This document shows, one piece after another, positions 1 to 9,442 of a DNA stretch of 64,000 bases. How positions within the stretch are numbered: position 1 is the first letter of the stretch; each line of letters begins with the position of its first letter. The translations under genes and the position numbers were made by a program. The notes under the pieces are model-generated. The model searched no databases. It worked only from the letters and a program-made list of their open reading frames with translations, and was not told where the DNA came from. The stretch comes from an uncultured Methylophilaceae bacterium. Its GTDB lineage: Bacteria; Pseudomonadota; Gammaproteobacteria; Burkholderiales; Methylophilaceae. Location: contig CAIQFD010000021.1 of NCBI GenBank assembly GCA_903870995.1, forward strand, positions 8,461 through 72,460, given 5' to 3'.

Positions 1-25
1 AATTAGCTTGTTGAATGCTCAGCGC

Positions 26-54
26 TTGACAATTATCAGGCGTTTTTTTAATTT
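26..54 (+). promoter_or_regulatory. candidate sigma70 promoter upstream of the ABC/GldG-like operon
   Basis: TTGACA at 26-31, a 17-nt spacer, then TAATTT at 49-54. It lies about 70 nt upstream of the ATG at 125. Confidence 0.3.
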
Positions 55-124
55 AGCATGCCTTAGAAATCGGCTTGTAATTTTGATTTGGTCCTGCCAA
101 ATAATGTGGAGTCTTTAATTTTTT

Positions 125-1057
125 ATGACTACTTTAACTGTTGAAGCGAATAACCTGACCCGTATTTACGGCGGCCGTGAGGCTGTTAGCGATGTGAGTT
201 TTACATTAAGTAAAGGTGAAGTGCTGGGTTTCCTCGGCCCAAATGGCGCAGGTAAATCAACCACCATGAAGATGTTGACGGGTAACTTAGCGCCTAGCAA
301 AGGTAGCGTTAAAATTTGTGGCGTGGATATGATTGAAAATCCAAAAGAAGCCAAAGCTTTAATTGGGTATCTCCCAGAAACGCCTCCTTTGTATCGTGAA
401 TTTACAGTGGATGAGTTTTTAGCGATTGCGGCACGTTTGCATGGTGTAAGTAGTAAACATATTAAGGTTGCAGTTCAACGTGCCAAAGAGCGTTGCGGCT
501 TGACTGAAATGAGCAAGCGCCTCATTGAGAATCTATCTAAAGGTTATCAACAGCGTGTAGGTATTGCTCAAGCGATTATTCACAACCCGATGGTGGTGAT
601 TTTGGACGAGCCAACTGTTGGTTTAGATCCAATTCAAATTCGTGACATTCGTGCCTTAATTAAAGAGTTGGGTGGTGAGCACAGCGTGATTCTTTCCACA
701 CATATTCTTCCTGAAGTCGAGATGGTCTGTGACCATGTTCAAATTATCGATAAAGGAAAACTCGTTTTTAACGGCTCAATTGATATCCTCAAACAACAAC
801 GTCACGGCAATAAACTAGTCATTGGTTTAAATAATCCGCCAGCGCATGATGTATTGCTTAAGGTTGCTGGCGTTGAGTCCGTTGAAACGTTGCCTAATGG
901 CTTGTTGCGCGTACGTTATGCTGCTGGCCAAGCGCCAGCTGAGGCTTTAGTTCAAGCAGCTGTGAAGCAAGGTTGGGGTTTGCATCAAATCAATCCAGAT
1001 CAAACTAGCCTTGAAGATGTATTCGTACAATTAACCTACCAAGACGCGGCTGCATAA
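125..1057 (+). CDS. ABC transporter ATP-binding protein (ABC-2/GldA-like subfamily)
   Basis: Walker A GPNGAGKST, ABC signature LSKGYQQRV and Walker B VVILDEPT. It is followed by an ABC-2 type permease gene. Confidence 0.9.
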   Translation: MTTLTVEANNLTRIYGGREAVSDVSFTLSKGEVLGFLGPNGAGKSTTMKMLTGNLAPSKGSVKICGVDMIENPKEAKALIGYLPETPPLYREFTVDEFLAIAARLHGVSSKHIKVAVQRAKERCGLTEMSKRLIENLSKGYQQRVGIAQAIIHNPMVVILDEPTVGLDPIQIRDIRALIKELGGEHSVILSTHILPEVEMVCDHVQIIDKGKLVFNGSIDILKQQRHGNKLVIGLNNPPAHDVLLKVAGVESVETLPNGLLRVRYAAGQAPAEALVQAAVKQGWGLHQINPDQTSLEDVFVQLTYQDAAA

Positions 1058-1106
1058 ACGCTTCTGCTTGAATGATTAGTAAGTTGAACTTTAGAAAGTA
1101 AAACTC

Positions 1107-1853
1107 ATGATTTTAAAAGTCGCAAGAAAAGAACTTAATAGTGTCTTTGCCTCGCCGATGGGCTGGGTGATTTTGGCCTTGTTGCAATTTGCATTCGGTA
1201 CTTATTTTTTAAATGGGGTGAATGAGTACTTTGAGGTGATGTCTGGCGCGATTCGCCCAGCAGAGCGGACTGGCGTCACGATGTTTGTTGGTCAAAGTGT
1301 ATTTGGCTTAGCTTCATTCGTGATGTTGTTCTCGGTACCTTTGCTTTCGATGCGTTTAATTAGCGAAGAGCGCCGCAGTAATACTTTGACATTCTTATTT
1401 AGTGCGCCACTTTCATTGACAGAAATTGTGCTTGGTAAATTTATTGGCCTTGTTTCTTTCTTAAGTATCCTAGTCGCGATGATTGCAGTAATGCTTTGTA
1501 CATTAAATGCTTGGGCTGATGTCGACTTTGGTTATCTGTTTTCAAATGTCCTTGGCTTATGGCTTTTGGTTGCAAGCTTCTCAGCGATGGGGCTTTACTT
1601 TTCAAGTTTAACTGCCCAGCCAGTCGTTGCCGCAATCATTACCTTTGTCGCTTTGTTCGGCCTTTTGATTGTTGACCGCTTCTTAACTGGTGATGAAGCG
1701 AGTGTCGCCAATTATTTATCTCTGATGCATCATTTTCAACCATTTGCTCGTGGCTTGATTGATACGGCTGATGTTGCTTACTTTTTATTATTTATCATTA
1801 CATTCTTAACACTTACGGTGCGTCGTCTTGATGCCGACCGTCTTCGTGGCTAA
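1107..1853 (+). CDS. ABC-2 family transporter permease (GldF-like)
   Basis: 248-aa polytopic hydrophobic protein (about 6 TM) directly after the ATPase. The gap to the next gene is 15 nt. Confidence 0.75.
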   Translation: MILKVARKELNSVFASPMGWVILALLQFAFGTYFLNGVNEYFEVMSGAIRPAERTGVTMFVGQSVFGLASFVMLFSVPLLSMRLISEERRSNTLTFLFSAPLSLTEIVLGKFIGLVSFLSILVAMIAVMLCTLNAWADVDFGYLFSNVLGLWLLVASFSAMGLYFSSLTAQPVVAAIITFVALFGLLIVDRFLTGDEASVANYLSLMHHFQPFARGLIDTADVAYFLLFIITFLTLTVRRLDADRLRG

Positions 1854-1867
1854 TCGGGTATTACATT

Positions 1868-3286
1868 ATGAAAATTAATCACAAGCTACGTTTGCAACTG
1901 CTCATGCAAAACAGTTTTTTCGTCATCTTATTTTTGGTTTTAGTATCTTTGGTTGGGTATCTCACCCATGAGTACCATGTGTCACGTGACATTACCCAAA
2001 GCAACCGTAATATTCTGACTGAAGGAAGTATTAATGTGCTTAAGCAAATGAAGGGTGACGTTAACGTTACTGTGTTTGCTTCTGAAGATAATACCGCGCA
2101 CGGTGAAAACTATCGTAAAGGTGTACGTGATTTCATTTCCCGCTTTCAACGCACTAAACCAGATATCCATGTGACATTTGTGAGTCCTGCAGAAAAACCT
2201 AAATTGGCCCAAGAGGCTGGCATTAAAGCTGAGGGTGAGTTGGTCGTTGAGTATCAAAAGCGCAGTGAGCATTTATTGCCGCCTTACGCTGAACAAGAAA
2301 TGACTAATTTGTTGGTGCGCTTGTCACGAAGCCATGAAAAGCCAGTGATGTATTTAGATGGTCATAGTGAGCGCAATCTGATTGGTCTAAAAAATAATGA
2401 CCTGGGTGCTTTTGGCGAGCAACTTCAAAAGAAAGGATTTAAGTTATTTAATCCTGATTTGACGATTGCCCAAGATGTGCCGATGAACGGCTCTATGCTT
2501 GTGATTGCAAGCCCGCAAGTGAATATAGGTGCAGTTGAAGTACAAAAAATTAAAAGGTACTTGGATAACGGTGGCAATCTGCTTTGGTTGTTGGATGACA
2601 ACAACTTGCATGGTCTAGATGAGATTGCTAAGTATGTTGGTCTAGATGTCTCTAAAGGCATGGTGATTGATGGTTCAGCTGCGCAATATGGTGTTGATCC
2701 AAAATTCGCATTTGCTAGTCAATACGGTGATCATGCAATTACAAAGAATTTTATGTTGCGCACCATGTTCCCAGAGGCTAGAAAAATTAGCGCGCAGGGA
2801 ACAGATGATAATGGCTGGAAAGTCACTAACTTGGTGGATGTTGCACCAAACGGCTGGCTTGAAAACAATCCAAAAGAGTTAGACTCAAAAGCGTCTAAAG
2901 CTGTGTTTGATGAAAAAGAAGATGTTAAGGGTCCAATTAATATTGCTGTTGCCTTGGAACGCATCTATGGTAAAAAAGGCCAACGCGTTGTGGTTGTAGG
3001 CAATGCTAACTTTTTATCAAATACGCATGTCACAAGTGAATCAAACCTAGATTTGGGTGTGAATATGGTGAATTGGTTGGCGGGAGATGACAGCTTGATC
3101 ACCATACAGCCTAAACCATTGAAAGACATGAATGTGGCCATTCCTCAATCAGGTTGGGGACACATTTGGGCGCTTATCGTCTTTATGCCAATATTCGGCA
3201 TCTCATTCGGCTTATTCCAAGTCATCATTCCTGTTTCCTTATTGGTTGCTGGTGTGATGTTGTGGTGGAAACGTCGTAAAGCTTAA
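1868..3286 (+). CDS. GldG-like ABC-transporter auxiliary protein
   Basis: 472 aa with an N-terminal TM (FFVILFLVLVSLVGYL), a large soluble domain and a C-terminal TM pair ending in WWKRRKA. The architecture and gene order match GldA/GldF/GldG-type clusters. Family recalled from memory, not searched. Confidence 0.6.
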   Translation: MKINHKLRLQLLMQNSFFVILFLVLVSLVGYLTHEYHVSRDITQSNRNILTEGSINVLKQMKGDVNVTVFASEDNTAHGENYRKGVRDFISRFQRTKPDIHVTFVSPAEKPKLAQEAGIKAEGELVVEYQKRSEHLLPPYAEQEMTNLLVRLSRSHEKPVMYLDGHSERNLIGLKNNDLGAFGEQLQKKGFKLFNPDLTIAQDVPMNGSMLVIASPQVNIGAVEVQKIKRYLDNGGNLLWLLDDNNLHGLDEIAKYVGLDVSKGMVIDGSAAQYGVDPKFAFASQYGDHAITKNFMLRTMFPEARKISAQGTDDNGWKVTNLVDVAPNGWLENNPKELDSKASKAVFDEKEDVKGPINIAVALERIYGKKGQRVVVVGNANFLSNTHVTSESNLDLGVNMVNWLAGDDSLITIQPKPLKDMNVAIPQSGWGHIWALIVFMPIFGISFGLFQVIIPVSLLVAGVMLWWKRRKA

Positions 3287-3304
3287 TCGGTAAAGGATAG
3301 AAGC

Positions 3305-4189
3305 ATGAAATCCCGTTGGATAGTCAATATATTACTTTTAGCCTTGGTTTTGGCGATTGTGGTTTTTATTAAACTACGCCCTCAGCAAGAGATTGTTAAG
3401 GAAGTGGCTTATGAGGTTTCAGCATTAAAGTTGGCGACTTTTACTAAAGTGAGCATTGAGTTTCCTACAAAAGCGCCGGTGGCTTTTGAAAAGGTGTATG
3501 GCTATTGGTACATTGCTAAGCCTTATAAAGCGCGTGCCGACCAAATGTTAGTGATGCGCATTTTGTCTTTGGTCGCAGCTAAAAGTGCACAAAAATTTGA
3601 AGCGACCGATTTAACGCAATTTGGCTTAGATCAGCCAAAGCTCAAACTTAAATTTGATAATGAAGAGTTTATTTTTGGCACTTTTAATCCCGTGACATCA
3701 GAGCAATATGTGGCTTACAACAACCATGTGTATTTGTTGCCAGTCAGTTACGCCGAGAATGCTCAGTCTCCAGTGGAAGAGTATTTAGACAAGTCCCCGT
3801 TCAAGCCTGATGAACAAAAGAAAATCGCTGGTTTTGACTTCTCTCATTTAGAGCAATGGGAGGAAGTGCGCTTAAATGTTGATTTGGTAGATGGTAAATG
3901 GAAAGCCTCTCCTGAAAAGGCGAAGCCAACTCAGAATGAAATGAATGAATGGTTTGATTCTTATTGGCGCAATATGAGCGTGCAACGTGTAGAGCCATAT
4001 ACGCCAGATCGTAAGACGACATACCCATCGTTTGAAGTGAAGTTGAATGATGGCCGCAAAGTGCATATTGATAAAATACAAGAATCACCAGAACTGTTGT
4101 TGGGTCGTCCAGATGAAGGGATGATGTATCACGTGCCGCCAGATATTGGCTTCACTTTGTTAAATCCACCGATTAATCTTGGTAAGTAA
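3305..4189 (+). CDS. membrane-anchored periplasmic protein, DUF4340-like, fourth member of the GldG-type cluster
   Basis: N-terminal TM IVNILLLALVLAIVVFI followed by a soluble domain. Its position after the GldG-like gene is typical for DUF4340 proteins. No catalytic motif recognised. Confidence 0.45.
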   Translation: MKSRWIVNILLLALVLAIVVFIKLRPQQEIVKEVAYEVSALKLATFTKVSIEFPTKAPVAFEKVYGYWYIAKPYKARADQMLVMRILSLVAAKSAQKFEATDLTQFGLDQPKLKLKFDNEEFIFGTFNPVTSEQYVAYNNHVYLLPVSYAENAQSPVEEYLDKSPFKPDEQKKIAGFDFSHLEQWEEVRLNVDLVDGKWKASPEKAKPTQNEMNEWFDSYWRNMSVQRVEPYTPDRKTTYPSFEVKLNDGRKVHIDKIQESPELLLGRPDEGMMYHVPPDIGFTLLNPPINLGK

Positions 4190-4192
4190 TTT

Positions 4193-5029
4193 TTGCCTGA
4201 ATTACCAGAAGTCGAGACGACGATGCGGGGCATTGCCCCGCTAGTTGGACAGGTTGTTAGCCGGGTTGTTATTCGGCATCCTACCCTAAGATGGCCCATC
4301 CCTAGCCATCTCGTTACAACACTCCCTCACGCTAAATTAATAAAATTAACGCGCCGCGCTAAGTATATTTTGGCGGACTTTAACGATGCCAACGACAGTC
4401 ACCTCGGCACCTTGATTTTGCATCTTGGTATGTCTGGTCGTATTTGTTTATTAGCGCAAGATGAAGTCGCGGCCAAGCACGATCATTTTGATATTCACTT
4501 CGTAGCTGGGCAGGTATTGCGCTTGCGTGATCCGAGGCGATTTGGTGCAGTCTTATGGGCAGATTCCCGTGAAGGGGTGGCTGACCATCCTTTAATCAAG
4601 TCGCTAGGTCCTGAGCCGCTTGAAATGGGTTTTACAGGTGAATATTTGTACCAGCAACTTCGAAATAAAAGCGCGGCCATTAAGATTGCGATTATGGATA
4701 GTCATTTAGTGGTGGGCGTTGGGAATATTTACGCGAGTGAGTCTTTGTTTCGTGCCAGAATTAATCCTAAAACACCTGCCAATAAAGTCAGTAAGGTTAA
4801 ATGCGAACGTTTGGTTGCTGAAATCAAGGCGACGCTTGCTGCAGCCATTGAAGCAGGGGGAAGTAGTTTGCGTGATTTCTTTGGTGCTGATGGCAATCCA
4901 GGTTATTTTCAGCAAACCTATTTTGTTTATGGACGAACGGATGCCCCTTGTCGTGAATGTGGTGCGCCAATCTGTCAGATTAAACAAGGTCAGCGCTCGA
5001 CTTTTTATTGCGCTGAGTGTCAATCTTAA
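4193..5029 (+). CDS. mutM: formamidopyrimidine-DNA glycosylase (Fpg/MutM)
   Basis: N-terminus (M)PELPEVETT with the catalytic Pro2, and a C-terminal zinc finger CRECGAPIC...CAEC. TTG start only 3 nt after the previous stop codon. Confidence 0.92.
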   Translation: MPELPEVETTMRGIAPLVGQVVSRVVIRHPTLRWPIPSHLVTTLPHAKLIKLTRRAKYILADFNDANDSHLGTLILHLGMSGRICLLAQDEVAAKHDHFDIHFVAGQVLRLRDPRRFGAVLWADSREGVADHPLIKSLGPEPLEMGFTGEYLYQQLRNKSAAIKIAIMDSHLVVGVGNIYASESLFRARINPKTPANKVSKVKCERLVAEIKATLAAAIEAGGSSLRDFFGADGNPGYFQQTYFVYGRTDAPCRECGAPICQIKQGQRSTFYCAECQS

Positions 5030-5032
5030 CGC

Positions 5033-6568
5033 TTAGTGTTGATGAGGATGCGCTGCATGCTCATGCAAGAAGCTTTGGGAATGTTCAGGTATTGGATCTT
5101 GAATAATCTTAGGTAGTAATGAGCCAATCAGCATCCCGAATCCACTTGCAATGACCCCAGCTAATTGGGCTGGAATAAAAGGATCCTCTGGTCCAGCAAT
5201 CAATATCGCAAGCCAAGTTGTTAAGCCCAAAAATATCGACAACAGCGCACCTTGATTAGTCGCTCGTTTCCAATAAACCCCGCACGCCAAAGGTACAAAC
5301 GCCATTACTAGGGTGATTTGATAAGCATTTTCAACCATGCTAAAAATACTTGCATCTGAATGAACAGCATACAGCGTGACCAGTAATGTAAACGTTAAGG
5401 TCACGATGCGCATGTAGGTCAATAATGCATGGTCGGGGAGGCGCTCTCCCGCTAAGCGTTTGATGAGAATAGGTTTGATAATGTTTTCTGTGAAAGTGAC
5501 GGACGGTGCTAATAGTGTGGCGGAGGCACAGCTTTTAATGGCGGATAAAAGTGCCCCAAAAAACATTACCTGCGCAATCAAGGGTGCGTGTTCTAGCACA
5601 AGTGTTGGCAATATCATTTGAGGGTCTTCATCAATCAGTTCACTGACCATTTTTGGGTCGATAAGCGTTGCTGAGTAAGCCAAGAACATCGGTACAAAAG
5701 CAAATAGAAAGTACATGACGCCGCCGAGGACTGTTCCCCATACCGCAATTTTAATTGTTTTGGCTGATTGCACCCGTTGAAAAACGTCTTGCTGAGGCAT
5801 AGATCCTAGCATCATGGTAATCCACGCTGCGAAGAATCCTATCATTTCTTTTGCATCTAAGTTTGGCCAAAATTCAAACTTGCCCGCTTGCTGAGCGTGT
5901 TCGATGACCACGCCAACGCCGCCAAGCTGACCGCTGATTTCATGACCAATAAATAACATACCGATGACAATGACAATCATTTGAATAAAGTCAGTAATCG
6001 CCACAGCCCACATGCCGCCAAATAAAGTGTAAATGAGGATGGTGCCTGAGCCTATCCACATCCCTGTGATTTTGCTGATTTCGCCAGCAGACAGCACATT
6101 AAACACTAAACCTAATGCGGTGATTTGCGCGCCGACCCAGCCTAGATAAGAAATGACGATGGCAATTGAGGTGAGCGTTTCAGCTGTGTGTCCAAAGCGC
6201 TTGCGATAAAAGTCCCCAATGGTAAGTAGATTCATTCTGTATAAAGGAGCGGCGAACAAGAGACCAACTAGAATTAAGCATAACGAGGCGCCGAAAGGAT
6301 CGGCGATTACGCCGTGTAACCCTTCTTTTAGAAAAACGGCTGGAATGCCAAGAACTGTTTCTGAGCCAAACCATGTGGCAAACACCGTTGCGATGACCAC
6401 CTGCATGGGAAGGTGCCGGCCTGCGATGGCAAAATCTTTCGATGTATGAACCTTAGTCCCTGCGTATAAGCCAATCCCGACAGAAATAACCCAGTAAGCA
6501 ATCACAAACCAAAGTAGCAAAGTAATCCACCTTTTATTAAGAATCAGTTTATTTTTAATGAATAGCAT
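5033..6568 (-). CDS. sodium:solute symporter (SSS) family transporter
   Basis: About 13 TM segments and an SSS-like motif DFAIAGRHLP...ATWFGSETVLG. I place the start at the internal ATG (MLFIKNK, 6568). The longer ORF prefix is non-protein-like and overlaps the cysG start. C-terminal His-rich tail EHSQSFLHEHAAHPHQH. Confidence 0.75.
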   Translation of the reverse strand: MLFIKNKLILNKRWITLLLWFVIAYWVISVGIGLYAGTKVHTSKDFAIAGRHLPMQVVIATVFATWFGSETVLGIPAVFLKEGLHGVIADPFGASLCLILVGLLFAAPLYRMNLLTIGDFYRKRFGHTAETLTSIAIVISYLGWVGAQITALGLVFNVLSAGEISKITGMWIGSGTILIYTLFGGMWAVAITDFIQMIVIVIGMLFIGHEISGQLGGVGVVIEHAQQAGKFEFWPNLDAKEMIGFFAAWITMMLGSMPQQDVFQRVQSAKTIKIAVWGTVLGGVMYFLFAFVPMFLAYSATLIDPKMVSELIDEDPQMILPTLVLEHAPLIAQVMFFGALLSAIKSCASATLLAPSVTFTENIIKPILIKRLAGERLPDHALLTYMRIVTLTFTLLVTLYAVHSDASIFSMVENAYQITLVMAFVPLACGVYWKRATNQGALLSIFLGLTTWLAILIAGPEDPFIPAQLAGVIASGFGMLIGSLLPKIIQDPIPEHSQSFLHEHAAHPHQH

Positions 6569-6688
6569 TGCGCGTTCGGCGCTAGGTGAAAGAATTTTAG
6601 CAAAAAGTAGGGTGCTGTAATAGCAAGTCGCATGTTTTATGCCACTATTTTTAGGTGAGCATGATGAGTTCGAGGGTAAAATGTGCAC

Positions 6689-8095
6689 ATGGAATCTTTA
6701 CCAATTTTTATGAGAATTAAAAGCGCTCGCTGCGTTGTGGTGGGTGGCGGGGAAGTGGCAACTCGTAAAGTGAGTATGTTGCTTAAGGCTGATGCGGCTG
6801 TTGAGGTGATTGCGCCTGAGCTTTGTGAACCCCTGAAAGTACAATTTTTGGCGGGAGAAATTGATTATCTCCAGTCGACTTTTGAAGCAGCTCAATTAAA
6901 TGGGGCTGTTTTAGTGATCGCTGCGACTGATGATGAAGGCGTAAACACAGCAGTTTCAAACGCTGCAAAAGCACAAAATATTCCTGTGAACGTCGTTGAC
7001 TCGCCAGCACTTTGTACTTTTACGATGCCTTCTATTGTCGACCGATCTCCGGTGGTGATTGCAATCTCTAGTAATGGTGCTGCGCCAGTATTGGCCAGAC
7101 TGATTCGTGCAAAGCTTGAGACCATGATTCCCGCCTCCTATGGCAGGCTTGCATATCTTGCTAGGGAATTTAGGGATGCAGTAAAAGCGAAGTTTTCTGA
7201 CACACAATCACGCCGTATTTTTTGGGAAAAAACTTTTCAAGGCCCGATTGCTGAGTTGATGTTCTCAGGTCAGGAGGGTGCGGCAAAAATCGCGCTGGCT
7301 GATGCGATTAAAGCGGATGATAGCCATGCTCAACATGGTGAGGTTTATTTAGTGGGCGGCGGACCAGGCGATCCTGATTTGTTAACTTTTCGAGCGTTAA
7401 GATTAATGCAGCAATGCGATGTCTGCGTTTACGATAAGCTGGTGAGTAAAGAGGTGATGGAGCTAGTTCGTCGTGACGCCGAGCTAATTAATGTTGGCAA
7501 GGCGCGTGACAAACACACCTTGCCACAGGAAGAAATTAATTTATTGTTGGTGAACCTTGCTAAAGAGGGTAAGCGAGTGTTGCGCCTAAAAGGTGGTGAC
7601 CCGTTTATTTTTGGCCGCGGTGGTGAGGAAATTGAGACGCTCATGGAAAATGGCGTACCGTTTCAAGTAGTGCCCGGCATTACGGCCGCAAACGGCGTTT
7701 CTAGTTATGCGGGCATTCCGCTGACGCATCGTGATTACGCCCAGTCATGCATTTTTACGACAGGCCACCTCAAGCTTAAAGAAGGTCAGCAAGAACATAC
7801 TGTTGAATTAGATTGGCCGGCTTTGACAAGACCTAATCAAACCGTGGTGATTTATATGGGCTTGGTTGGATTGGCCCAGATATGCGTTCAATTGATTGCA
7901 CATGGTTTAGATGCAGGCACTCCTGCAGCGGTTGTTCAGCAAGGAACGACATCCAAGCAGAAAGTAGTGGTTGGAGACTTAAGTGATTTAGCGATTAAAG
8001 TAGCGACCGCAGAGCTGAAACCGCCATGTTTGATTATTGTTGGGCACGTGGTTAAATTGCGCGAGAAGCTTGCTTGGTTTGAACCCAACCTTTAA
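6689..8095 (+). CDS. cysG: siroheme synthase (precorrin-2 dehydrogenase/sirohydrochlorin ferrochelatase + uroporphyrinogen-III C-methyltransferase)
   Basis: N-terminal Rossmann motif VVGGGEVA and C-terminal SUMT motifs LVGGGPGDPDLLT and GGDPFIFGRGGEE. Length about 468 aa. Start is the ATG at 6689 or the GTG at 6683. Confidence 0.9.
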   Translation: MESLPIFMRIKSARCVVVGGGEVATRKVSMLLKADAAVEVIAPELCEPLKVQFLAGEIDYLQSTFEAAQLNGAVLVIAATDDEGVNTAVSNAAKAQNIPVNVVDSPALCTFTMPSIVDRSPVVIAISSNGAAPVLARLIRAKLETMIPASYGRLAYLAREFRDAVKAKFSDTQSRRIFWEKTFQGPIAELMFSGQEGAAKIALADAIKADDSHAQHGEVYLVGGGPGDPDLLTFRALRLMQQCDVCVYDKLVSKEVMELVRRDAELINVGKARDKHTLPQEEINLLLVNLAKEGKRVLRLKGGDPFIFGRGGEEIETLMENGVPFQVVPGITAANGVSSYAGIPLTHRDYAQSCIFTTGHLKLKEGQQEHTVELDWPALTRPNQTVVIYMGLVGLAQICVQLIAHGLDAGTPAAVVQQGTTSKQKVVVGDLSDLAIKVATAELKPPCLIIVGHVVKLREKLAWFEPNL

Positions 8096-8106
8096 TCAAA
8101 AAATTC

Positions 8107-9411
8107 TTAATTAAGCGGCAGCGTTAGTCTGACTTCTAAGCCACCTTCTGGGCGGTTAATTAAATCTAATTTGCCACGGTGTAACTTGGTGATGCGGTCG
8201 CAAATCGCCAAGCCCAGCCCGCTTCCTTTGGTGTTGCCACGCGCTGTATCTAGGCGCTCAAAAGGGCGAAGTAGTCTGGATTTATGAGCATCAGGAATCC
8301 CCGGGCCATTATCTAAAACGCTGACCAGAATATTTTCGGCTTCGATTTTAGTGCTAATCATCACCTCGCCTTTGCCATAAGCGAAAGCGTTATCAATTAA
8401 ATTACCCAATAAACGTTGCATGGCGAGTGGTCTCAATGCGATTAGGTGAGTCGGTGCAAGGTTTAAGGTCAGCTTTCTACCTAAACGGACGTGTCTGTCG
8501 TAAAGCGATTGCAGTAATGCATTTAAATCTAGCATCTGTGTGGGCTCGCCTTCTACCCCGCGCACAAAATCTAAGAACTGATTGATGATGCCATCCATGT
8601 CTGTAATGTCTTGAATCATGCCCTCTTTGTAAGTGGCGCATTGCTCGTCTGGCAGTAATTCAATGGCAAGACGCAGGCGTGCTAGTGGCGTTCGTAAATC
8701 ATGCGAAACGCCTGCGAGTAAGAGCGTTCTTTCGGAGTCAAGTAAGGCGAGCGACTCTGTCATTTGGTTAAATGTATGACTTACCGCGCGTAGTTCATCA
8801 ACCCCTTCTTCAGGGAGTTGCATTGGGGTTTGGCCGTTGCGAATGCGGTCTGCGGCATTGACCAGTAATTTTAGTGGCTTGTTAATTCTAATGGCCGTCA
8901 TATAAGCACCAATAAGCGACAGTAAGATGACCAAAGCGCCCCAGTTGAGCCATTGCCAAGGGAAGTGGCGTTCTGCTTGTAGGCGAGGGATGACAACCCA
9001 GTAATCATCTTGGTCTATATTGAAGCTAATCCAAAGTCCTGGCACGCCAAAGTGATTGATGGCGACCATGGTGTCGCTACCTAAAGTGTTACGAATTTTT
9101 TTAGCTAAAATTTGAATGAATGGGTCTTTAGGTAGGGGCTCAATTTCTTCCAATATGTCAGCTGCATAAATGCGTACACCCTCTCTGCCAGAGAGTTCGG
9201 ACAGTAGCGCAATCCGCCTATTTTCGTGGGCGGCTAATAATGAAGCTTTAGTGTAGTTGACAATGGTAATCGCTTGAAGGGCTGCGGCGTTCGCGCGTGG
9301 CTCACGTTCGAAATAATCAAATAGTTGTAGCGCAGCAAATTGCCCTATCGTCAGTAAAATGGCGATAAGCAACATCAGGCGAGCAAGGAGTGTGCGTGGT
9401 AGAAATCTCAA
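8107..9411 (-). CDS. EnvZ-like two-component sensor histidine kinase
   Basis: Two TM segments flank a periplasmic loop, followed by a HAMP-like linker. H-box SHDLRTPL, N-box NLIDNAF, G-box GSGLGLAI. Confidence 0.88.
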   Translation of the reverse strand: MRFLPRTLLARLMLLIAILLTIGQFAALQLFDYFEREPRANAAALQAITIVNYTKASLLAAHENRRIALLSELSGREGVRIYAADILEEIEPLPKDPFIQILAKKIRNTLGSDTMVAINHFGVPGLWISFNIDQDDYWVVIPRLQAERHFPWQWLNWGALVILLSLIGAYMTAIRINKPLKLLVNAADRIRNGQTPMQLPEEGVDELRAVSHTFNQMTESLALLDSERTLLLAGVSHDLRTPLARLRLAIELLPDEQCATYKEGMIQDITDMDGIINQFLDFVRGVEGEPTQMLDLNALLQSLYDRHVRLGRKLTLNLAPTHLIALRPLAMQRLLGNLIDNAFAYGKGEVMISTKIEAENILVSVLDNGPGIPDAHKSRLLRPFERLDTARGNTKGSGLGLAICDRITKLHRGKLDLINRPEGGLEVRLTLPLN

Positions 9412-9442
9412 GATGCGAAATTAGTTTCTGGTCTTTGAAGAT

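Noticed and set aside
6569-6688. N-terminal 40 residues of the 551-aa SSS ORF, and similar 5' extensions at 10408-10494 (EF-hand gene), 12967-13002 (lexA), 23824-23856 (OMF) and 45331-45354 (surA)
   Set aside because: The extensions are non-protein-like, overlap neighbouring genes or operators, and are followed by in-frame ATGs that yield proper signal peptides or conserved N-termini.
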